Shown here: positions 25,297-33,023 of the stretch, piece after piece | Numbering within the stretch: position 1 is the first letter of the stretch | How the letters are laid out: every line of letters starts with the position of its first letter | Assembly: GCA_026998145.1 (NCBI GenBank) | Contig: JALTRC010000136.1 | Coordinates: forward strand, 1 to 33,023 | DNA length: 33,023 nucleotides | Reading direction: 5' to 3' | Origin: Gammaproteobacteria bacterium | Lineage (GTDB): Bacteria; Pseudomonadota; Gammaproteobacteria; SZUA-229 | Notes under the pieces: generated by a model | Told to the model about the DNA's origin: nothing | The model's database searches: none | Seen by the model: only the letters and a program-made list of their open reading frames with translations | Made by a program: the position numbers and the translations under genes

Positions 25297-27126
25297 ATGC
25301 ATAAGCATTCATACCATACACAGGGTTCTGCCCTTCGCCTCTGGCTGCAAAGCCTGTTTATGCTGCTGATAATTGCTACTATCAGCGCCTGCTCATCCTC
25401 ATCCAGCTCTGATGCAGACGGCGAGCTGGTAGTGAGCCTCACTGACGCGGAAGGGGATTTTCTCACCTATACGGTTGATGTAGTTTCCCTGAAAATGATT
25501 AAACAAAACGGCGCGGAGATTGAAACCCTGCCCCTGACCACCACCCTGGATTTTGCCCAGTATGTGGAAGTCAGCGAATTTCTCACCGCTGCCACCGTAC
25601 CCTCCGGCGCCTATAAAGGGGCGCAGATTGTACTGGACTACAGCAATGCCAGTATCACCGTACAGAATGAAGCCGGTGATGCCATTAGCGCCAGCGCCGT
25701 AGATGCAGATGGCAATCCGCTGGGCCAGGTCACCGTGGATATCAGCCTTAATGGCGGCAGTGAATTTGTGATTGCCCCCGGCATTCCCGCCCACTTTACC
25801 CTGGACTTTGATCTGAACGCCTCCAATGAGGTAAGCCTGAATGGTGACAGCGCCACGGTAACAGTAAAACCCGTACTGGTCGCCGACACATTACTGGAAG
25901 ATCCCAAACCTCACCGCCTGCGTGGTCTGCTGGATGAAGTGGACGAAGCCGCCCAGCAGTTCACCGTAAAAATGCGCCCTTTCCGTCATTTGCAGCAGCG
26001 CTTTGGCAAACTGATTGCCCATGTCAATAATGACACCCGTTATGAAATTGATGGCATCGCCTATGGCAGCGACACAGGCCTGACACAATTAGCCACGCTG
26101 GACACCAATAGTCCGATGATTGTCATTGGCGAGCTGCAACAGCTAGATGACCAGCGCCAGTTTATTGCCAGCGAAGTCTATGCAGGCAGCAGTGTGCCCT
26201 GGGGTGATAAAGATATTATCCGCGGCCACGTTGTCGCCCGTGACGGTGATCGGCTGACCATTCGCGGCGCCAGCATTGTACGCGCCGATAACAGCTTTAT
26301 CTTTAACGACACATTGCAGGTGCAGCTGGATACAAACACCAAAGTGCTAAAACAGGCCGACACAGGCAGCTATACCACCGATGATATTTCTGTGGGTCAG
26401 CGGGTCACCATTTTAGGCACCTTCCTAAATACCACCGATCTGTCCATGTTACTGGATGCGGATCTGGTGCGTATGCGCTTTACCAGCCTGCGGGGTCAGG
26501 TACTGGCGGTTAGCCCGCTGGCCATCGACCTGCAAAGCATTGATCTGCGCCGCGCCACTATCTTCGATTTCTCCGGCACTGGCATAGATGCCGCCAATGA
26601 TGCGGACATTAACCACTACGAAATTGATACCGGCAGCCTGACACTGGCGAATCTGCAAATCGGTGATCCCATCAAGCTACGGGGTTTTGTCACAGCGTTC
26701 GGCACAGCGCCGGAGGATTTCACTGCCCGCACCATTGCCGATGTGAAAAATGTCAAAGCCAATCTGGTTGTTGGCTATGGGGATGGCAGCACCAGCGCCA
26801 TTAGCCGCATTGATGAAAATGGCCTGCAACTAAACCTGAGCGATGCGGGCAAGCTGCACCACTTAAGCCAGGCTGGCGTAGTCACAGACCTGACAACACT
26901 GGAAACAATGCCACTGATTACCCCTGAAGAAAGCGGCAAAGGTCTGTTTATGATCTCCCGGGCCTTCGCTACCCGCCTGTATGTGAATTACAGCAATTTC
27001 CAGCAGGCACTGGCAGATGATCTGGCCAATGGCCGCAGCGTGATTTCGGTACATGCCAAAGGCTATTATGACTCGGATCAGGCCACCCTTACGGCTCGCC
27101 AGATTAATGTGCGCTTAAGTCACTAA
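25297..27126 (+). CDS. DUF4382-like lipoprotein (609 aa)
   Basis: AAAGGAG Shine-Dalgarno, and a lipobox IATISAC followed by a poly-Ser linker. The N-terminal block GELVVSLTDAEGDFLTYTVDVVSLKMIKQNG..LDFAQ..VPSGAYKGAQIVLDY resembles DUF4382. The remainder is beta-rich. Confidence 0.7.
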   Translation: MHKHSYHTQGSALRLWLQSLFMLLIIATISACSSSSSSDADGELVVSLTDAEGDFLTYTVDVVSLKMIKQNGAEIETLPLTTTLDFAQYVEVSEFLTAATVPSGAYKGAQIVLDYSNASITVQNEAGDAISASAVDADGNPLGQVTVDISLNGGSEFVIAPGIPAHFTLDFDLNASNEVSLNGDSATVTVKPVLVADTLLEDPKPHRLRGLLDEVDEAAQQFTVKMRPFRHLQQRFGKLIAHVNNDTRYEIDGIAYGSDTGLTQLATLDTNSPMIVIGELQQLDDQRQFIASEVYAGSSVPWGDKDIIRGHVVARDGDRLTIRGASIVRADNSFIFNDTLQVQLDTNTKVLKQADTGSYTTDDISVGQRVTILGTFLNTTDLSMLLDADLVRMRFTSLRGQVLAVSPLAIDLQSIDLRRATIFDFSGTGIDAANDADINHYEIDTGSLTLANLQIGDPIKLRGFVTAFGTAPEDFTARTIADVKNVKANLVVGYGDGSTSAISRIDENGLQLNLSDAGKLHHLSQAGVVTDLTTLETMPLITPEESGKGLFMISRAFATRLYVNYSNFQQALADDLANGRSVISVHAKGYYDSDQATLTARQINVRLSH

Positions 27127-27199
27127 ACTCATAGCCACTAGGCAAGCACACTGGGCAGGTTTATGATCTGCCCGGTGTTTTTTGTTTAGATAACCATAA

Positions 27200-28123
27200 A
27201 TGCCCTTCAAATACAGTAGGGTGGATCAAGCGCAGCGGATCCACCAACAGCCGATTCAGGTGGAACCGCTTCGCTTGTTCCACCCTACATGCTATGGCCT
27301 GCTTTTGCTGATATTCAGTCATACCCTGATAGCCGCAGAGGACGATGATTTCTGGCTAATGCTGGAGGAACCGGCGGATAGTTCTGTGTATATCAGCAGC
27401 GGCGTGGATACGGATGGGGGCCTGTCATTGAGTCTGCATCTGGATCAGGCGTTAAATGAACAGTTACATTTCAATGGCAGCTGGTCACAGCTGAATCTGT
27501 CGGAAAATACCCGTAGCCTGTCGCTGGGTTTAAGCGGCGACCCTTATGCCTCATGGCTCTGGTCATACCGTTTTTTAGTCTGGGGTGAGCCGGATATTAT
27601 CGAAAGCCGGGATCATGAACTGCAATTGCAATATGTTAACGGCAGCTGGAACGGCCTGCTGGGCTGGCAGCAGGGAGATGCCAACCTGCAGTTTTCCCGC
27701 CCCCTGAATAATGGCCAGACCTCCGGCAGCGTGGATCACAATGCACTGATTATCGGGCTGGGTTATGGTGGCCGTGATTTTGACTGGCAGATCGAGAGCA
27801 TTCACCACGACTACAATAAGGATCTCAGCCGCCTGTCCAGCTCCCGCCTGCTGGCCCTGATTATCGAGCCCTCCGCCCTGCAGCAATCCACCGCATTAAA
27901 TTCAAGACAAAACCGCTTCACCCTTGGGCTTAATGGCAAGTCCCATCGCTTTAGCGCAGAGTACAGTCATATTCGCTCTGCGGTAACGGGGCAGACCAGT
28001 GATTTTTTAAATCTGTCTGTGCAAACGGATTTAAGCCGGCTGCAACAGCTGGGGGTTTATTTCATTATGCCGTTGGGGGGTGGGGTGAGTAGTCTGGGGG
28101 TGAGTTTATTGCAGCGATGGTAA
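27200..28123 (+). CDS. Putative outer-membrane beta-barrel protein (start uncertain)
   Basis: Alternating amphipathic beta-strand-like segments throughout and a C-terminal aromatic residue (..SLLQRW). A signal-peptide-like stretch CYGLLLLIFSHTLIA/AE lies after the REP element. In-frame alternative starts are GTG 27260 and TTG 27275. Confidence 0.55.
   Translation: MPFKYSRVDQAQRIHQQPIQVEPLRLFHPTCYGLLLLIFSHTLIAAEDDDFWLMLEEPADSSVYISSGVDTDGGLSLSLHLDQALNEQLHFNGSWSQLNLSENTRSLSLGLSGDPYASWLWSYRFLVWGEPDIIESRDHELQLQYVNGSWNGLLGWQQGDANLQFSRPLNNGQTSGSVDHNALIIGLGYGGRDFDWQIESIHHDYNKDLSRLSSSRLLALIIEPSALQQSTALNSRQNRFTLGLNGKSHRFSAEYSHIRSAVTGQTSDFLNLSVQTDLSRLQQLGVYFIMPLGGGVSSLGVSLLQRW
27216..27288. repeat. REP-like palindromic pair (GTAGGGTGGA..TCCACCCTAC)
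   Basis: GTAGGGTGGATCAAGCGCAGCGGATCCACC (27216..27245) and GGTGGAACCGCTTCGCTTGTTCCACCCTAC (27259..27288) are inverted copies of one 30-nt unit. Each contains its own GGTGGA(T/A)C..G(A/T)TCCACC inner palindrome. The pair lies inside the first 30 codons of the ORF-track model 27200..28123. Confidence 0.7.
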
Positions 28124-28142
28124 AAGAGCTTAAAAGCTATTT

Positions 28143-28218
28143 ACCACAGAGGACACGGAGATTCCTTTGTTAACACCCTAATGCGCTTTTTCTCTATGTC
28201 CTCCGTGTCCTCTGTGGT
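28143..28218. repeat. Short (76 bp) variant of the ACCACAGAGGACAC hairpin element
   Basis: There is a perfect 18-bp terminal inverted repeat ACCACAGAGGACACGGAG / CTCCGTGTCCTCTGTGGT around a 40-nt core unrelated to the core of the array copies. It starts 19 nt after the stop at 28123. Confidence 0.75.
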
Positions 28219-28292
28219 GAATGTCCTGAATAACCATTGGCTTAGCGTCACAGACTAACAGCACACCACCGAAACATGTAAAATCCCCCACC

Positions 28293-30464
28293 ATGGACGT
28301 ATCTCATATTCTCGATGGTTTAAACGATGCCCAGCGCGAAGCGGTAACCGCCGCGCCCGGCCCCATGCTCACTCTGGCCGGTGCCGGCAGTGGCAAAACC
28401 CGTGTGCTGGTGCACCGCATGGCCTGGCTGATTCAGGTGGAAGGGGCCTCGCCCTTTAGCGTCATGGCGGTGACCTTTACCAATAAGGCGGCACGGGAAA
28501 TGCGTGGCCGGGTGGAGGAGTTGCAGGGCATGTCGGTGAACGGCATGTGGCTGGGCACCTTTCATGGTCTGGCGCACCGCTTTTTGCGCAGCCACTGGAA
28601 GGAAGCGGACCTGCCCCAGACCTTTCAGATTCTTGATTCCGACGATCAATACCGCATGATCCGCCGGGTGCTGCGCTCGCTGGAACTGGATGAAGCCCAG
28701 TGGGTGCCCCGACAGATTCAGGGCTTTATCAATAATCGCAAGGATGAAGGTCAGCGTCCCCAGCATATTGCCGCCGGCAATGATCCCATTACCACCCAGC
28801 TTGTGCGCATCTACAGCGCCTACGAGGCTGCCTGCAAACGGGCCGGTGCGGTGGATTTTGCCGAGCTGCTGCTGCGTTCATTAGAAACCCTGCGGGATAA
28901 TAACGCCCTGCTGAGCCATTATCGCCAGCGATTTTCCCATGTGCTGGTGGATGAGTTTCAGGACACCAACAGTATTCAGTACGCCTGGATTCGCCTGCTG
29001 GCCGGGGATGCCAGCCAGCCGGGGGCGCATCTTTTTGTGGTGGGGGATGACGACCAGTCCATTTACGGCTGGCGCGGCGCCAGGGTGGAAAACATCCTCA
29101 CCTTCCAGAAAGATTTTCCCGGCACCCAGGTGGTGCGGCTGGAGCAGAACTACCGCTCCACCGCCACCATTTTGAATGCGGCCAATGCCCTGATTGCCAA
29201 TAATGACCAGCGCATGGGCAAACAGCTGTGGACCGCCGGTGACGAGGGGGAGCCGATTGAGCTGTATCAGGCTTTCAATGAACAGGATGAAGCCCGCTAT
29301 GTGCTGGACGGGGTGGAAAACTGGATTGCCCAGGGTCATGCCCGCAGCGATATTGCCATTTTGTATCGTTCCAATGCCCAGTCACGGATATTTGAAGAGC
29401 AGCTCATCAGTCGCTCCATTCCCTACCGGGTGTACGGGGGGCTGCGCTTTTTCGAGCGGGCCGAAATCAAGGATGCCCTGGCCTATTTGCGGCTGATCAA
29501 TAATCCCCATGATGACACATCATTTGAGCGAGTAGTGAACCAGCCCACCCGGGGTATCGGCAGCAAATCCGTGGATGCCATCCGGGAAACCGCCCGCGCC
29601 ATGGATGCCTCATTGTGGCAGGCGGCGCTGGCGCGGATTGCCAGCAACGAAATGACCGCCCGGGCGCAAAATGCCCTGCAGGGCTTTATTGATTTGATTG
29701 GCCGGCTACAGGCCGACACCCAGAACCTTGAACTGCATGAACAGGTGGAGCATGTGATTCACCACAGCGGCCTGATTGACCACTACAGCAAGGAAAAAGG
29801 TGAGAAGGCGGAAGCCAGAGTGGAAAACCTGGAGGAACTGGTCAGCGCCGCCAGAGGCTTTGATTACAGCAATGAAGATGAAGTGGAAATGGACAGACTC
29901 ACCGCCTTTCTCAGCCATGCGGCACTGGAAGCCGGTGAAGGCCAGGCGGAGGCCTGGGAGGATTGCGTGCAGCTGATGACCCTGCATACCGCCAAGGGGC
30001 TGGAATTTCCGCTGGTGTTTATGTGCGGCATGGAGGACGGCCTGTTTCCCCATCAACGCTCCATCGAGGACAACAATAAACTACAGGAAGAACGGCGTCT
30101 GGCCTATGTGGGCATTACCCGGGCCAGGGAAAAACTGGTGCTCACCTATGCGGAGCGGCGCCGTCTTTATGGCAAGGATCATTATTCCATGCCGTCCCAG
30201 TTTATTGGCGAGATTCCCGGGGAATATATTCATGAAGTGCGCCCCAAAGCCAGTATATCCGCGCCTGTTTATCAGCCATCAAGGCTCCATGAAGAAAGTG
30301 AAGATGGCTTTAATGTGGGGCAAAGGGTATTTCATCAGAAATTTGGTGAAGGGACTGTGTTAAATTACGAAGGCCAGGGACGCCATGCACGGGTTGAAGT
30401 TAACTTTAAACATGCGGGGAGCAAGTGGCTGGTTCTGTCCTATGCCAATTTACAGATTTTATAA
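28293..30464 (+). CDS. uvrD: DNA helicase II (UvrD)
   Basis: 723 aa. SF1 helicase motifs: AGAGSGKTRVL (Walker A), VDEFQDTN, VVGDDDQSIYGWRGA, LEQNYRST, TLHTAKGLEFPLVF, LAYVGITRAR. Length and the C-terminal extension match housekeeping UvrD. Confidence 0.95.
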   Translation: MDVSHILDGLNDAQREAVTAAPGPMLTLAGAGSGKTRVLVHRMAWLIQVEGASPFSVMAVTFTNKAAREMRGRVEELQGMSVNGMWLGTFHGLAHRFLRSHWKEADLPQTFQILDSDDQYRMIRRVLRSLELDEAQWVPRQIQGFINNRKDEGQRPQHIAAGNDPITTQLVRIYSAYEAACKRAGAVDFAELLLRSLETLRDNNALLSHYRQRFSHVLVDEFQDTNSIQYAWIRLLAGDASQPGAHLFVVGDDDQSIYGWRGARVENILTFQKDFPGTQVVRLEQNYRSTATILNAANALIANNDQRMGKQLWTAGDEGEPIELYQAFNEQDEARYVLDGVENWIAQGHARSDIAILYRSNAQSRIFEEQLISRSIPYRVYGGLRFFERAEIKDALAYLRLINNPHDDTSFERVVNQPTRGIGSKSVDAIRETARAMDASLWQAALARIASNEMTARAQNALQGFIDLIGRLQADTQNLELHEQVEHVIHHSGLIDHYSKEKGEKAEARVENLEELVSAARGFDYSNEDEVEMDRLTAFLSHAALEAGEGQAEAWEDCVQLMTLHTAKGLEFPLVFMCGMEDGLFPHQRSIEDNNKLQEERRLAYVGITRAREKLVLTYAERRRLYGKDHYSMPSQFIGEIPGEYIHEVRPKASISAPVYQPSRLHEESEDGFNVGQRVFHQKFGEGTVLNYEGQGRHARVEVNFKHAGSKWLVLSYANLQIL

Positions 30465-30474
30465 AAACATATAA

Positions 30475-33023
30475 ATGCAAAAACACAACTACCCCTTACA
30501 ACTGATTCTTTCCGCCATTGCCGTTAGCAGCACCCTGCTCTGGCTATTTATTGGCCGGGATATAACCTATGCAATATTCCCTTATGATATAGCTCCCAGC
30601 TTATATATCTTTTTTAGCGGCACGATTTTCTCACTGGGCCTTGTGGGGGCCTATGCCTTTATTCACAGCCTGCTGTTTTTTACCGACTTTATTAAAAACA
30701 CACCGGATCAATCCACCCAGATCAACGAACTTATTCTCGATCGCCATAAGGATGCCCTGTTTTATAAATCCATTTCAGGCCAATATTTATATGCCTCTAA
30801 TTACGCCCCTCGAATTTTAAAGCTGGGTGACAGGGATATTATTAATCAAACAGACCAGCAGCTTCACAAGCCATTGATTGCCCACAAGATCGAAATGGAA
30901 GATAAACGGATAATTGAAAATGGCGAGAAAATAAACTGGCAAACCAGCCTGGAATTAAACAACCAGCTGCAACATTACCAGTGTGAGAAATCACCCGCCC
31001 GTAACGAACAGGGCGAGATTGTTGGCATTAATGGTTACTGCGAAAACATCACTACTAAAAAACTGCTACAACAACAGATCGACAAGGTTGAAACCCGCTA
31101 TCAGGCATTATTTAACAAGCTGCCCTACCCGGTTGTTATTATTGATATGGGCACCATGCTGCCATTTCGCTTTAATGATGCCCTGTGCAAATTATTAAAA
31201 TATGATGCCGACACCATCAGCCGAAAAAGTTTTAGCAGCCATGTGGTTATGGAGCAGCAGAATCAGTTTAAAGAACTGCTGATCGAAACCCACAGATCAG
31301 ACGGCAATGAGTTTGAATTAAGCCTGAACAATCGGGACAAGGATATTATTGACGTTACAGGATTTGCTCAACAAATAAAATTTGGCCATAAAAACTACCT
31401 GCACCTGCTATTGCGAGATGTTACCGAAAGCAAAAAATCAACCAATGAACTGATTGGCTCTGAACTTAAATACCGCTCACTGTTTGAACATGCCAGCGAC
31501 GCCATTATTATTGTTGATATTCACAGCCTGCAAATTATTGATGCCAATGAAATCGCTCTGGAAAAGCTGGGCTATAACCGCGACACATTGGCTGCCATGA
31601 CATTATTTGATCTGGACGCGACTCGCCAGACGCCCAAAACCCGCGAACAATTAAAGAATCTGGAAATATATAACCATGTTCTTTATGAACACTGCATCGC
31701 CAATCGTAACGGCAAAAATATCGACGTTGAAATCAATGCACACAAAGTCAACTATGGCCATCAGGAAGTTTATCAATTTGTTATTCGGGACATCAATCAA
31801 CGTAAACATATTGAAAATGCATTGCGGGAAAGTGAACAGCGTTACCGGCAGATGTTTGAAAGCAATCAGGCCATCAAGCTGGTTATTAATCCACAAACCC
31901 ATATTATTGAAAATGCCAACCCGGCTGCTGCTGAATTCTATGGCTATGAATTAGATGAGCTGGAAGGCATGCACATTGAAAAGATTAATGTGCTGCCCAT
32001 TGAGAAGCTGGATATTCTTATACACCAAAGCCAGCAGCAACACCTGGGTTTTTATAACTGTCCCCATAAACTGGCCAATGGTGACATTCGTTTTGTTGAA
32101 GTTCGGGAAGGCCCACTGGAAGTTAATGGCCGTACTTTAACCTATGACATCATTCACGATATTACCGCAGGAAAACAGGCCGAAGATAAATTAATTCTGG
32201 CATCAAAAATGTTCGACCACTCTACCGATGCAGCCATTATTACTGATGAACACAATCGTATTTTATCGGTTAATCATGCCTTTACCGATATTACCGGCTA
32301 TCAACAATCAGAGGTACAGGGTTTTGATCCCGCCTCATTCCTGAGCGAGAAAAATGATCAGCTCATTACTGATGAAATCGAAAAATCTCTTGATGAGTTT
32401 GGTCACTGGCATGGGGAAATATGGTATCGACAGCAGGACGGTTCCACCTTCCCTCTGGATATGAACATCCATATCATTAAATCATCCGGCGGGGATATTA
32501 TTAATTATGTTATTTTACTGTCGCCAATTCATGGTTCATTATCCGACAATGAAATAAGCGGAAATTATTCCCCTCTGACACATCTGCCCAATAAAGCCCT
32601 TTATCTGGATCGACTGAACTACGCCCTTGAACGCAATCAGCGTAATAAAAAAGTGCTGGCCGTGCTGATGATTGATTTTCGTAATTTCTCCCAGATCAAT
32701 CAGCAATATGGCTATGACACTGGCGACCGGATCCTGCAATCCATTGCCAGACGGCTTAAATACAGCATTCGTGAAAGCGATACCATTGCCCACCTGGATT
32801 CAGATAACTTTGTTTTATTACTTGAAGATCTGGTTAATATTCAACAGGCCGGCATTGTTGCGCAAAAAATCATTTCAACGCTGGGTGAAAGCTATCAAAT
32901 AGATGAGCATGATATTCAGCTCGAAGCCTCTATTGGCATTAGTATTTCACCGGATGATGGTGTGGATGCCAGTGAATTAATGGATAAGGCACAGCAGGCA
33001 TTGCATAGCGCCCAGTCTCAGGC
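30475..33023 (+). CDS. Membrane-anchored multi-PAS sensor with a degenerate GGDEF domain (3' end beyond the window; an EAL domain may follow)
   Basis: Absent from the ORF track because it has no stop in the window. I translated it by hand from the ATG at 30475, which is preceded by an in-frame TAA; it stays open to 33023. It has two N-terminal TM segments and about five PAS-like modules (e.g. YRSLFEHASDAIIIVDIHSLQIIDANEIALEKLGY, YRQMFESNQAIKLVINPQTHIIENANPAAAEFYGY, FDHSTDAAIITDEHNRILSVNHAFTDITGY). A GGDEF-type domain follows (PLTHLPNKALYLDRLN..VLAVLMIDFRNFSQINQQYGYDTGDRIL) whose active-site motif reads DSDNF. Confidence 0.85.
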   Translation, partial: MQKHNYPLQLILSAIAVSSTLLWLFIGRDITYAIFPYDIAPSLYIFFSGTIFSLGLVGAYAFIHSLLFFTDFIKNTPDQSTQINELILDRHKDALFYKSISGQYLYASNYAPRILKLGDRDIINQTDQQLHKPLIAHKIEMEDKRIIENGEKINWQTSLELNNQLQHYQCEKSPARNEQGEIVGINGYCENITTKKLLQQQIDKVETRYQALFNKLPYPVVIIDMGTMLPFRFNDALCKLLKYDADTISRKSFSSHVVMEQQNQFKELLIETHRSDGNEFELSLNNRDKDIIDVTGFAQQIKFGHKNYLHLLLRDVTESKKSTNELIGSELKYRSLFEHASDAIIIVDIHSLQIIDANEIALEKLGYNRDTLAAMTLFDLDATRQTPKTREQLKNLEIYNHVLYEHCIANRNGKNIDVEINAHKVNYGHQEVYQFVIRDINQRKHIENALRESEQRYRQMFESNQAIKLVINPQTHIIENANPAAAEFYGYELDELEGMHIEKINVLPIEKLDILIHQSQQQHLGFYNCPHKLANGDIRFVEVREGPLEVNGRTLTYDIIHDITAGKQAEDKLILASKMFDHSTDAAIITDEHNRILSVNHAFTDITGYQQSEVQGFDPASFLSEKNDQLITDEIEKSLDEFGHWHGEIWYRQQDGSTFPLDMNIHIIKSSGGDIINYVILLSPIHGSLSDNEISGNYSPLTHLPNKALYLDRLNYALERNQRNKKVLAVLMIDFRNFSQINQQYGYDTGDRILQSIARRLKYSIRESDTIAHLDSDNFVLLLEDLVNIQQAGIVAQKIISTLGESYQIDEHDIQLEASIGISISPDDGVDASELMDKAQQALHSAQSQ

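Noticed and set aside
25227-27054. Antisense ORFs across the DUF4382-like gene (25227..25466, 25399..25794, 25638..25907, 25891..26088, 26178..26363, 26449..26658, 26863..27054)
   Set aside because: These are shadow ORFs of a 609-aa gene that has a good Shine-Dalgarno and lipobox. The 131-aa one is Gly/Ala-rich, as expected from reading a Thr/Ala/Asp-rich gene backwards.
28293-30464. UvrD-like helicase as part of an anti-phage system (Gabija GajB-like or similar)
   Set aside because: It is a full-length 723-aa protein with all housekeeping UvrD motifs and the normal C-terminal region. There is no adjacent nuclease, ATPase or other defence-type partner. The neighbours are a beta-barrel gene and a PAS-GGDEF sensor.
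28293-33023. Apparent compositional step: uvrD looks GC-rich and the downstream PAS-GGDEF gene AT-rich, which could hint at horizontal acquisition
   Set aside because: This rests only on hand counts of a few 60-nt lines: 39/60 GC at 28381..28440 and 37/60 at 29041..29100, against 24/60 at 31681..31740 and 27/60 at 31441..31500. Another uvrD line (30181..30240) is only 27/60. That is too noisy to call without a sliding-window GC and codon-usage calculation, and there are no mobility genes at the boundary.

Overview
This 33 kb window looks like an ordinary chromosomal segment of a gammaproteobacterium-like genome with mid-range GC. I did not find a clear, self-contained novel system.

Coding content:
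- Core metabolism and repair: sucA plus the 5' part of sucB, pyruvate kinase, and uvrD.
- Signalling: an EAL-HDOD protein, a two-gene Aer-like PAS plus chemoreceptor with a C-terminal zinc-binding (CZB) domain, and a multi-PAS protein with a degenerate GGDEF domain that runs off the right edge.
- Transport: a TatT-associated (TPAT) TRAP transporter operon.
- Chaperone-related: two J-domain membrane proteins, one of them DjlA.
- A TetR-headed operon of uncharacterised proteins that includes a pseudo-receiver.
- A translationally coupled operon of a small acidic protein, a canonical Nudix and a degenerate Nudix.
- A DUF4382 lipoprotein paired with a beta-barrel-like protein.
- Several small conserved hypothetical genes.

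I saw no rRNA, tRNA, CRISPR array, transposase, integrase or phage genes. Two large ORFs are missing from the supplied track because they are open at the window edges: sucB (1..1111, minus strand) and the PAS-GGDEF gene (30475..33023, plus strand).

The most unusual content is non-coding:
- At least three families of miniature inverted-repeat (MITE/REP-like) elements sit 9-61 nt behind stop codons.
- One family forms a 2.75-copy tandem array (211-212 bp unit) joined to the 3' end of the EAL-HDOD gene. Each unit carries the last 33 nt of that gene and a decayed relic of its C-terminal coding region.

The best candidates for uncharacterised biology are this tandem array, the split Aer/CZB receptor, the pseudo-receiver operon and the Nudix triad. 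All functional calls rest on by-eye motif recognition, not database searches.
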